From IMG/VR virus record IMGVR_UViG_3300031519_000092, positions 1 through 35,447 of that record: DNA of 35,447 bases. One strand, 5' to 3'. Origin of the DNA: a virus. Taxonomy: Duplodnaviria; Caudoviricetes. Position 1 is the stretch's first letter. The number at the start of each line of letters is the position of its first letter. The notes below the pieces were generated by a model. The model worked only from the letters and a program-made list of their open reading frames with translations, did not search any database and was not told the origin of the DNA. This document shows positions 27,264 through 34,975 of the stretch, one piece after another. Position numbers and translations under genes: made by a program.

Positions 27264-28053
27264 TATTTTTTGTTTTTCTTTTGATTTGATTTTCTTTCTC
27301 TTTCTTATCTAAAATATGTTCCACGTATTTTGCGGTGTTAGCCTGAGAAATGAGATACTTATGACCGCAGTCCTGACATTGCATCCTTTGGCGAGATACG
27401 CCAGTTGCTCCGATCCTTTTGCCGTCTCTAATTACGTGGCTAGAACCACAAGAAGGACAAGTCCAACCATCATGGCCCTTAAGAACCCCAACGTGGGTCT
27501 TCATCTTTGTGTGTTTTGCTATGTATTCATAAATCTCTTGGAGTATGACTACGTCTCTCTTACAGTATCGAACCATGTGGGACATTGATTTCTCACATCC
27601 ATCTAGCACTATTCTTTTCCATAGTCCAAAGCTAGTGTCAATCTTTCCGTATCCAAGCAAAAACTTTGCAATGTAATCTAAGCGATGAGAGTTAAACTCA
27701 AAATTGGCTCGTGATAACTTTAGTGTATCTACAGTGGTAACATCCTTTGGAATCCCAAGGTTGTGCCTTAAGCATCTAGCTCGAAACCACTTCATGTCAA
27801 ACTTATCCCCGTTGTGGGCTACCATCTCGTCAGCATTCTGCATGACATCCATAAACTCCTTGCAGAGCTTTATGTCACATCCTTCATCCCAAGACAACGA
27901 ATGGACTTTCTTTTCTTTTTCCCACTTATAGCAGATGCAAATAATAGCACGCTCCGTGATAATGTTATCATGGGACAAGTTAACTTTATAACCCGGTCTC
28001 CAAAAAAATCCGATGTTCGGACTTGTTTCTATATCCCAAAATAATCTATTCAT
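27220..28053 (-). CDS. DEDD/RNase H-like 3'-5' exonuclease (YprB-like) with C-terminal zinc ribbon
   Basis: WDIETSP, HNGDKFD, VDTL, YCKRDV; CPSCGS...CQDCG. Confidence 0.85.
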   Translation of the reverse strand: MNRLFWDIETSPNIGFFWRPGYKVNLSHDNIITERAIICICYKWEKEKKVHSLSWDEGCDIKLCKEFMDVMQNADEMVAHNGDKFDMKWFRARCLRHNLGIPKDVTTVDTLKLSRANFEFNSHRLDYIAKFLLGYGKIDTSFGLWKRIVLDGCEKSMSHMVRYCKRDVVILQEIYEYIAKHTKMKTHVGVLKGHDGWTCPSCGSSHVIRDGKRIGATGVSRQRMQCQDCGHKYLISQANTAKYVEHILDKKEKENQIKRKTKNNGKRNNKKKETNSR

Positions 28054-28073
28054 AATAAGTTTTTGTTAAGATG

Positions 28074-28157
28074 CCCCTCCTGCTTTAGGGGTAAGATGAA
28101 GATTAAACCCTAATGCGATACCATGAAGGTTTAACCCTGAATCTAAAACAGGAGAGG
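28074..28157 (-). other. Long two-segment RNA hairpin in SSB-exonuclease intergenic region
   Basis: 15-bp and 13-bp stems whose non-Watson-Crick positions are G.U on the - strand. Confidence 0.6.
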
Positions 28158-28175
28158 ACTTATACTCGGGGCAAA

Positions 28176-28457
28176 TTAAAACGGTTCAGCAGTGGCAGTA
28201 ATGTCAACGTTAGAGGCAGAGTCAGTGCTCGAACCCCAGCCAAATAGTTTCTTGCCGTTGCCAACATATACCTTCTTAGCACCTGACTCACGCTCTTCCT
28301 TGGATAGGTTAAGGCTTGCAGAAGCGTCGTTGTCGTAGTTGTCAGGCTCGTCGTTAATCCAGACATCTAGATCAAGATAAGTTCCTTTGGAGCCTTTGTA
28401 TAGTTTGCTCTTATCGACCTTATCTAGGTTTATTTTCAATGATAGTAGTTTTGACAT
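28176..28457 (-). CDS. Putative phage single-stranded DNA-binding protein
   Basis: KI.L.K.DK..LY.G.KGTYLDL...N..PD.Y, SKEER...YVGNG; C-terminal PF; follows ERF. Confidence 0.6.
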   Translation of the reverse strand: MSKLLSLKINLDKVDKSKLYKGSKGTYLDLDVWINDEPDNYDNDASASLNLSKEERESGAKKVYVGNGKKLFGWGSSTDSASNVDITATAEPF

Positions 28458-28458
28458 A

Positions 28459-29025
28459 TTATTTGTTTTCTAGTTTTTGTTTTTGTTTGTCCTTAGCTGC
28501 TATAACTTGCGGCATAGCTGCTATTTCTTTTGGAAAAGACTTCCAAGTTTTTGCGAGATTTTCAATGGTTTTTGCATCATTGATAAGACCGACAGCTGAA
28601 ACCTTTGATGCAGACCCGTGCTTGTTAGTAGCATCAGCATCCTTCTCATTGTCAATGGCAAATAAATTACCCAACGCTCGTTTAAGACTGTATGATGCTG
28701 TAGACCCAGATATTTGTGCTGAGTCCATACCCTTCTTGGATTCGCTGTGCATAGCCCAGTTCTCTGTAGCAATTTGCTGATCGGTATCGCAGTCCAATAA
28801 GATTGCAGTAGTAACATTAAACATACATTCACCACGCATTTCGATCCTGTCGGAGCAAAGTATGGAAACATTGTTTTCTTCTAATAGAGGCTTAATCGCT
28901 TCTAGTATATCTTCAGCACTACGGTAGTTGTAGTTGCCAAAGTTGTTTTTCTGACCTTTAGGGGCCTTGAGGTTACATTGTATCCTCTGTAGCTTTTTAG
29001 TAAGCTTGATTACTTCGTCACTCAT
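28459..29025 (-). CDS. erf: ERF-family ssDNA annealing recombinase
   Basis: KAPK.Q.N.FG.YNYRSAEDILEAIKPLL, KKGMD.AQI.GS.ASY..K.AL..LFAID..D.D. Confidence 0.9.
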   Translation of the reverse strand: MSDEVIKLTKKLQRIQCNLKAPKGQKNNFGNYNYRSAEDILEAIKPLLEENNVSILCSDRIEMRGECMFNVTTAILLDCDTDQQIATENWAMHSESKKGMDSAQISGSTASYSLKRALGNLFAIDNEKDADATNKHGSASKVSAVGLINDAKTIENLAKTWKSFPKEIAAMPQVIAAKDKQKQKLENK

Positions 29026-29479
29026 TATTTTGATTATTGTATGATTGTATCAATAGTTGCCTATAATACAATTTCCTTGTTTTTTCATTCTTGCAGGCAT
29101 CAAGATTCTCTTCATCAGCCCCAAGACCCTTTAACTTGTCCACTTGTTCACTAGCTGTCAAGTCTCTTCCGAATCTTTTTACTAGTTGTGTCAATCCTAT
29201 AGGGTGCATAACCTTCATAGCAGGAAAGTCTAGGTAATCAGCCATAGCACGTAGCACTATAGGTAGATCTGATTTCTTCCCTCGGCACATATTAAGATAG
29301 AAATTCTCAACTTTACCCAGCAAAGAATTTCCCTCTCTGGATAGCACACCGCGAACCAAGCCAGTCTGGTGATCGTGGTCTAGACACCAATCATTGCTTT
29401 CTCTTAATAGCACCGGGCATTCTTCAGGAGTAAAGTCCTCACGAAACTGCGCTATTTGGTTATGCTTGAGATACATCAT
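29018..29479 (-). CDS. Recombination endonuclease VII-like (T4 gp49) Holliday junction resolvase
   Basis: LDHDHQTGLVRGVL....N.LLGKVE. Confidence 0.85.
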   Translation of the reverse strand: MMYLKHNQIAQFREDFTPEECPVLLRESNDWCLDHDHQTGLVRGVLSREGNSLLGKVENFYLNMCRGKKSDLPIVLRAMADYLDFPAMKVMHPIGLTQLVKRFGRDLTASEQVDKLKGLGADEENLDACKNEKTRKLYYRQLLIQSYNNQNNE

Positions 29480-29661
29480 TTAAGTCTCTTTCGCATTGAG
29501 CTGACAACCCCGCACAATTCAATGTGAGCTATTTCAATAATAGCAGAAGCACACCAAAAAACAAAACCAAGCGCGGCAATTGGTATCCACAAGATTTGCA
29601 TTGATGCTACAAGAAAATATAACAAACAATTATTTATTAAGTTTAGTTTTTTCATCTTCAA
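29476..29661 (-). CDS. Small membrane protein
   Basis: Hydrophobic core, overlapping neighbours. Confidence 0.5.
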   Translation of the reverse strand: MKMKKLNLINNCLLYFLVASMQILWIPIAALGFVFWCASAIIEIAHIELCGVVSSMRKRLK

Positions 29662-29833
29662 TTTTTTTAATCAGTTTATTTAAAGTATCATTCGCATCAA
29701 CTTCTCCATGCACTACACTGAGAAGCGTTCCAATATTACAAAGAAGTTCGTTCAAGCTTTTCTCGGCTATTTTAACTTCTGCTATGAGGTCGTATATATC
29801 GTCCTCGATCCATTTACGTTGTTGTTGATTCAT
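29630..29833 (-). CDS. Hypothetical coiled-coil protein
   Basis: Part of tightly overlapping - strand operon. Confidence 0.6.
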   Translation of the reverse strand: MNQQQRKWIEDDIYDLIAEVKIAEKSLNELLCNIGTLLSVVHGEVDANDTLNKLIKKIEDEKTKLNK

Positions 29834-30005
29834 GTTTAACCATTTCCTTCTCTTCTATAAAAAGTTTCAAGCTTTTTATTTCTTCATTTATGTTTTTTCT
29901 TTTATCAGATAACATCTCGATACGATGAGATGTGTATAGGCTTTCGTCCCGCAAAAGATCAATCCTTACTTTTGCTATTTCAATTTTATAATCTTCGTAG
30001 TTCAT
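29814..30005 (-). CDS. Hypothetical coiled-coil protein
   Basis: ATGA-coupled to upstream gene. Confidence 0.6.
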   Translation of the reverse strand: MNYEDYKIEIAKVRIDLLRDESLYTSHRIEMLSDKRKNINEEIKSLKLFIEEKEMVKHESTTT

Positions 30006-30202
30006 TCGCTATTTTTTAATATAACTTCTGCTCCAGTTTTTAACTCTATTTTAATCCGAGCTAAATCCTCTAGGTGTTTTCTCCAAGAGTCTTCATTGAC
30101 TCCCCAAAAAGAGCCAGTCTTGTGCTCTCTTGCGCTTACCAATGCGAACGATACCGCCTGCATTATGTTATTTATGTCTGTGTCTTTTGTATTTATTTTC
30201 AT
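30002..30202 (-). CDS. Hypothetical protein
   Basis: Overlap-coupled on both sides. Confidence 0.6.
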   Translation of the reverse strand: MKINTKDTDINNIMQAVSFALVSAREHKTGSFWGVNEDSWRKHLEDLARIKIELKTGAEVILKNSE

Positions 30203-30963
30203 ATTAAATGTCCCATTAATAGGTTTTCTTTGAAGTAAAAATCTCGAGCAGCTTGGGCCTTAAAAATACCCCTGTCAAGCATCATCTGAGTCCATTTTTT
30301 TACAAAGACTCGCCCGGTCGCGTTGCAAATACATACTGAATATATATCTGGCTTGTAATCTAAACCGCTGCTATTCATATACATATGTGATTCAATAGCC
30401 AACTGATAACAATCTTTATCATAAAATTTGCCCGTGTCTCTGCCTGTTAAATCTCTAAATTTATAATCTAGTAAACATATTTTTCCTGCTTTTCTTGCAA
30501 CCAAATCTAACCGACCTGCGATCTTCATCTTGTGACAAGAAATAAGTTCTTCCGTCGCAACTGGCTCAAAGTCATTGTCAAGAATATACTCAACAACCGG
30601 CTTAGCAAATTCATCATAAGGATCTGATTCTAAATCTTCTCCATCAAGATGAGCATTAATTAACTTCTCTACTCTGTCATGGCCCGCAGTTCCAAAGTCC
30701 GATGATGCTATTTTCTTTCCGATGGCGGGACATATTGGTTGACCCCACATGATCTGAACAATCGCCTCGTAATCTAACTCTGGATCATTTCCTTTAAGTT
30801 CTATTGCTCGTTTAACTTTCCAAATATCTATAAACGTATTTGGAATGATTCCAAGTATTGTAGTAACACTTGGATACATCCAGTTACTTTCTCTGATTTT
30901 GGTAACTGATTGAACGTCTGATAATTTAGGTTCGTCTTTGTTTGAGTAATCGTATATGTGCAT
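30199..30963 (-). CDS. PD-(D/E)xK exonuclease (RecB/Cas4-like phage recombination nuclease)
   Basis: YPSVTTIL, GT..H, E, AGRLDL, LDYK, QLA. Confidence 0.85.
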   Translation of the reverse strand: MHIYDYSNKDEPKLSDVQSVTKIRESNWMYPSVTTILGIIPNTFIDIWKVKRAIELKGNDPELDYEAIVQIMWGQPICPAIGKKIASSDFGTAGHDRVEKLINAHLDGEDLESDPYDEFAKPVVEYILDNDFEPVATEELISCHKMKIAGRLDLVARKAGKICLLDYKFRDLTGRDTGKFYDKDCYQLAIESHMYMNSSGLDYKPDIYSVCICNATGRVFVKKWTQMMLDRGIFKAQAARDFYFKENLLMGHLI

Positions 30964-31023
30964 TGGTATATTAGTTAGTATAGTATTAGTTAATGTAGAG
31001 TATAAGACTTTATATAATTATTA

Positions 31024-31060
31024 TTATATATTAAATGGTATAGGTCTTCCCATTAGGGAA
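31024..31060. repeat. Copy 1 of duplicated element TTATATATTAAATGGTATAGGT plus TTCCC-N4-GGGAA palindrome
   Basis: 22 bp identical to 35182..35203. Confidence 0.85.
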
Positions 31061-31370
31061 CAAGCTTTTTGTCTGAAATACGATACCATTTAGTTCTGTC
31101 GTAGTTTTTTTTATTAAACCGCCCAGTAATTATATAACCATTTTTCTCAAGAGATCGAACCCCAAGCCAAATTTGTTTAGGTGTGAAGAAAGGGAATTGA
31201 TCCGCCAAGGTATTAGCACTGCCGTAAGTCCAATGGTGTCCATCATTGTAGTTCCGCCCTGCTTTCTTGTTCTTTTCGCACCAGAATCTAATGTATTCGT
31301 ATAGCACTGCTTCTTTCAGGCCACAATCTTGTGCAACCGCCTGATCGAAGTAAAACTTTTTGTTACTCAT
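31053..31370 (-). CDS. Winged-helix replication-initiator-like protein (N-terminal domain only; start likely 31370)
   Basis: FD..VA...GLKEAVL...I.FW...N......G..WTY.S...L...FPF.....I......L...GYI.....NK..YDRTKWY. Confidence 0.75.
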   Translation of the reverse strand: MSNKKFYFDQAVAQDCGLKEAVLYEYIRFWCEKNKKAGRNYNDGHHWTYGSANTLADQFPFFTPKQIWLGVRSLEKNGYIITGRFNKKNYDRTKWYRISDKKLVP

Positions 31371-31377
31371 TTGTCGT

Positions 31378-31405
31378 GTTATGCCTGTTATCCTAAAGAT
31401 GTCAA
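31378..31405 (-). promoter_or_regulatory. Putative sigma70-like promoter of the - strand early operon
   Basis: TTGACA (- strand 31405-31400), 16 nt, CATAAC, ATG 31370 just downstream. Confidence 0.4.
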
Positions 31406-31406
31406 C

Positions 31407-31508
31407 AAAATTACTCAACGAACCGCCTAAGTAAATGTATTCATTTATAAAAATGGATACATTGACAGCTCAATAAACCGCCTAAAAATTACTCAACGAA
31501 CCGCCTAA
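31407..31508. repeat. 24-bp direct repeats (31407-31430, 31485-31508), partial copy (31469-31485) and 13-bp inverted repeat (31434-31463)
   Basis: AAAATTACTCAACGAACCGCCTAA x2; AATGTATTCATTT-ATAA-AAATGGATACATT. Confidence 0.9.
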
Positions 31509-31755
31509 AACGTGCGGGCAGCGCCTGGAATAGCAGCAAATAGCACCAGCAGCGCCAGGCGGGAAACCAGGCTGCGACTGCAAAGCCTAACTGCGGTTTT
31601 AGCATTTAGGGTTATTCCGGCAAAAAATAGCATTTCCGGAAGCGGTCAAAAAATAGGTAAAAAAAACTTCTTGCCGGTCCGTGCTATTTTGTCCAATGTC
31701 CGGACGGGCTCCGACTCACGGGACCTTTCAAAATCAAAAAATCAAATAAAATACT

Positions 31756-32985
31756 ATGGACAAATCAATAACAGATATGGACGCGCTCGAGCTTCGGGCC
31801 TTTATGCGTTTACTAATAAGAGACGGAAAAATCAAAGGCATGAAAAGCGCCGAAACTAAGCACCTAAAAAAAGATGAGTGCCTTGAATGGATCGAAGACG
31901 CGCTAAAAGACGAACCGGCCGACAAGTCCGGCGCAACCGGCGCGGCCCCTTCTTATGATATGGACGAAATTAAAAAAGAGATTGCCGGCGCAATTGAAAA
32001 AGTTTCGCGGCGTGTAAATGATGTCGAAACAATCATTCGGGACGCAATGGCCAACCCGAAGGTTTCAAAGCGCTTGAAAACCATTGCCGGCGCTTCGTCC
32101 GGAAACCCTATCGTTTCCGAATGCGTGAAATATTACAAAGCTGGAGAGGAGAACGAAACAAAACTTATGTTACTATCTCCGCCGTCTTTTGGCAAATCTC
32201 ACGCGGTCCGCGAGTTGGCGGCCGAATACGACCTATTCTTAGAACACAACTGTTCAAAATCAATAGACGAGCTCGACTCTTTAATAGGCGGCGCAACACC
32301 GGACAACGACAAAGGCGGTTTCTTAAATGTGGACGGCCTATTGACGCAAGCGGTCCGCGCGGCCGGAAAGGAAAAGTCGGTTCTGCTATTCTTTGATGAG
32401 TGCTTGAGATGGCGAGAAGATACTCAGGCCTTTCTACTAACCTTCTTGACCGGCATTAAAAAAGACGGCGCTTTGCACTACAAGCTAACGACCAAGAAAA
32501 GCGTTGGCGGCGTGCTCGAAACAATCACTTGCAAGGCAAAGCATTTGCACATTATTTGCGGCGCTAATTTGACGGCCGAAGCACCGGTTCCGGCTTTCTG
32601 GTCAAGGTTCCGGAAACATAGAATAGAATTCACGGAGACAATGGCAAAAAATATTTGCCGAATGATTCTGCTTTCTTACGGCGCGAGCGATTCGGCCGGC
32701 CTAGAAACTTTCTGCGGCGCTTTCTCTCGTGCTATGTCGGAAAGTCGGGACCTAGTCAAAAAAGGTTCCTTGTTCGGAAGTTGGGATTTTCGGTGCTTGG
32801 AACAGGCAATCATTTGCGGCGGCGTAGATCTTGAGTCAATAACTCGCGAGTTGACCGCAATTACTCCGGACCATTGCGCGGCGTGGGATATGGATACCGG
32901 CGATACTACGACGGACTCGAAAGCGTCAAGTTTCGTAGTGCTGGATAAATTCATCAAAACAGTGAAAGGAGACTTTGCAGTATGA
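31756..32985 (+). CDS. MoxR/CbbQ/CobS-like AAA+ ATPase with N-terminal HeH-like and coiled-coil extension
   Basis: Walker A SPPSFGKS, LIG helix-2 insert, F..VDG.LT.A, Walker B LFFDE, GAN sensor 1, AFWSRF arginine finger. Confidence 0.85.
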   Translation: MDKSITDMDALELRAFMRLLIRDGKIKGMKSAETKHLKKDECLEWIEDALKDEPADKSGATGAAPSYDMDEIKKEIAGAIEKVSRRVNDVETIIRDAMANPKVSKRLKTIAGASSGNPIVSECVKYYKAGEENETKLMLLSPPSFGKSHAVRELAAEYDLFLEHNCSKSIDELDSLIGGATPDNDKGGFLNVDGLLTQAVRAAGKEKSVLLFFDECLRWREDTQAFLLTFLTGIKKDGALHYKLTTKKSVGGVLETITCKAKHLHIICGANLTAEAPVPAFWSRFRKHRIEFTETMAKNICRMILLSYGASDSAGLETFCGAFSRAMSESRDLVKKGSLFGSWDFRCLEQAIICGGVDLESITRELTAITPDHCAAWDMDTGDTTTDSKASSFVVLDKFIKTVKGDFAV

Positions 32986-34586
32986 AAACGAAATCTTACA
33001 TCTTATTGAATGCGGCCGTCCGGTCCGCGCATAGGTCGGTCAACGGTCGGACTACAAAGACGCGCAAAGGCGGGATTTTATATCGTGCTAGAATGCGGCT
33101 TCGCGAACCCTTTAGGGTCCAAGTCAAAGAAGGTGCCGGCACTGCGTGCTGGTCTTTTAAATGCGGCGCAAACCACATCTCGTTTTTTTCTGGAATAGAG
33201 GAAATGCTTTTTAAGGTCTGGAAAAACCCAAAGGATCTAGTGAAGGCTATAAAGCAGATTTACCGGCACGAAATTGGGCACGCCTTATATAGTCCGCGCG
33301 GCAAGAAGTTTTTTGCGGAAGTGAAAAAAGAGGGTTTGCCGTTTCGTCTTTGGAATCTGTTTGAAGATTGCCGCATAGAATTCAAACTATGGGATGACTT
33401 CAAAGACTTGGGCCTTTTCTATTGGCACAAGTATATTGAAACAGGCAAAGAAATTACTTGTCCGACCAATGCGCTTTTAGAGTTAAAGATGCGCGACTCC
33501 GGCGCTCGTGTTTCAAGGTCAAAAACTCTAAAGGTCGAGCGGTTTTTTCCGGCAAAGGATAAAATCAAATTCGACTTAAAGGGTAAAACCTATGTCTGGC
33601 ATAGAAAAACGATTTGCGGCTTTTATAGTCGGGCCATTTGTCTTTTAGATTCGGACCACTCCGGCATGCTTAAGCTGTTAAACGAGTGGGTCAAAATCTA
33701 CGGTGCCGAAGTGGAAGGCGGTTCCGGCTTTTCCGAAGACGCACCTTTTACCGAAGACGAAATCACCGGCGAACCTGAAGACTATGAAGACGGCGAACCG
33801 GAACCAGTTGCCGAAGATTCGGACAAGTCGGACAAGGTCGGAAGCGTCAAAAAAGAAGCGGCCGGTGGTCCGGAAGGTCTGGAGCATTTCAAAGTGTATC
33901 CGGTGGTCGACCCTACTGACAAAGCTACGACCCAAAGGCTATTCTCTCAGTTATTGCCTATCATTAAAAGAGCGCGGCTTTCACCGGACGAAATAGGACG
34001 GCGCGGCAAGCTTTACTTAAAGCGCGCAATGGTCGGACTCGCAGATTGTTTCCGGTCTTCGGTTCCTAGTGATGGCAAGCGCAAGATATATCTATTGATA
34101 GATATGTCCGGAAGTATGGGCGCAGACTATAGAAACGGCCTAGGTCAAATCGCGGCAAGTTTCGCAAAGCTTCGGGACGCGGGCCTTGTTGACCTTAAGG
34201 TCTATTTGACTAAAGGAAATCACGCCGGAAAGGTCCGACTAGCGAACCTATCAAAGGCAAAGCCGGACGCGTTCTTAATGCTACGGCCGGACGGTGGTTC
34301 GGAAATGATCAAAGACGCGTTGGACAAAACAAAACTGGATTTAATGGACGCAGACGCGTGCTTTATATTGACGGACGGTGATATCGTAGACGAAGCGGTT
34401 GAACCTAACTTTTGGCGATCGCAAGGAGTGGACCTAGTCGGCGTTTGCGTTGGTTCAAACGAACCGGACATTCGGGCCAAGCGCTATCATATGGACCGGC
34501 ACTTCTCGCGGTCCTTTATATCGGAAGCACCTTCGCAACTAGCGCGGCGCATGCTCGACTATACTATGAAAAAGGCGGCAAGGTAA
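32982..34586 (+). CDS. HEXXH metallopeptidase-like domain + acidic linker + vWA (MIDAS) domain; CobT-like AAA partner
   Basis: HEIGH (33267-33281) ... WNLFEDCRIE; G.L...RA; LLIDMSGSM, GGSE, ILTDGD; ATGA-coupled to AAA gene. Confidence 0.85.
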   Translation: MKTKSYILLNAAVRSAHRSVNGRTTKTRKGGILYRARMRLREPFRVQVKEGAGTACWSFKCGANHISFFSGIEEMLFKVWKNPKDLVKAIKQIYRHEIGHALYSPRGKKFFAEVKKEGLPFRLWNLFEDCRIEFKLWDDFKDLGLFYWHKYIETGKEITCPTNALLELKMRDSGARVSRSKTLKVERFFPAKDKIKFDLKGKTYVWHRKTICGFYSRAICLLDSDHSGMLKLLNEWVKIYGAEVEGGSGFSEDAPFTEDEITGEPEDYEDGEPEPVAEDSDKSDKVGSVKKEAAGGPEGLEHFKVYPVVDPTDKATTQRLFSQLLPIIKRARLSPDEIGRRGKLYLKRAMVGLADCFRSSVPSDGKRKIYLLIDMSGSMGADYRNGLGQIAASFAKLRDAGLVDLKVYLTKGNHAGKVRLANLSKAKPDAFLMLRPDGGSEMIKDALDKTKLDLMDADACFILTDGDIVDEAVEPNFWRSQGVDLVGVCVGSNEPDIRAKRYHMDRHFSRSFISEAPSQLARRMLDYTMKKAAR

Positions 34587-34607
34587 ACCGGTAGACAATA
34601 CCATACG

Positions 34608-34642
34608 AAGGGCCCTTAGATGCGATTCTAGGGGCTCTTTTT
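34608..34642 (+). terminator. Rho-independent terminator of AAA-vWA operon
   Basis: AAGGGCCCTTAGA-tgcgat-TCTAGGGGCTCTT then T-tract. Confidence 0.8.
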
Positions 34643-34793
34643 GTTTACATAGGCAAACACCTTCGGGCCAATTTCAAAGGCCTACAAAGGCCGTTTAAAT
34701 CAATATTCTTGTGCATTGACCGGGTATGTATCCGGACAAGGGATCGTAAGCGTCCATAGATGCGATTCTAGGGCCTTAACTGGTCCGGTTGGA

Positions 34794-34860
34794 CAAGGTG
34801 CCGCAAGTAGATGCAAGTAGACGCAAGTAGACGCAAGTAGACGCAAGGTGCCGCAAGTGG
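34794..34860. repeat. 10-bp period tandem array (CAAGGTGCCG / CAAGTAGAYG)
   Basis: Seven CAAG-phased units, order A-B'-B-B-B-A-partial. Confidence 0.95.
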
Positions 34861-34958
34861 TCCTCAATCCTTGCCCTTAAGATTCGGCAAGGCCGGTCCA
34901 ATATGTTAAACCCGCCAAGGAAAAACTAAGCGCCGATAAAAGGCCGAACGCCGGACAG

Positions 34959-34975
34959 AATAGCACGGTGCTATT
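34959..34975. promoter_or_regulatory. Perfect palindrome AATAGCAC-G-GTGCTATT (possible operator)
   Basis: AATAGCA half-sites recur around 31530-31690. Confidence 0.5.

Noticed and set aside
30199-30963. Cas4 indicating a CRISPR system
   Set aside because: No Fe-S cysteine cluster pattern; sits in a recombination operon, so an ordinary phage PD-(D/E)xK nuclease
31407-31508. Mini CRISPR array
   Set aside because: Only two full non-palindromic 24-mers; the 54-bp interval contains a hairpin and a partial repeat; no cas operon
31512-31859. 115-aa + strand ORF
   Set aside because: Runs through repeat/regulatory DNA and overlaps the AAA gene out of frame; no protein-like features
31756-34586. Cobalamin (cobS/cobT) or Rubisco-activase auxiliary metabolic genes
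   Set aside because: Only family-level similarity; no cobN or metabolic context; the peptidase motif points elsewhere
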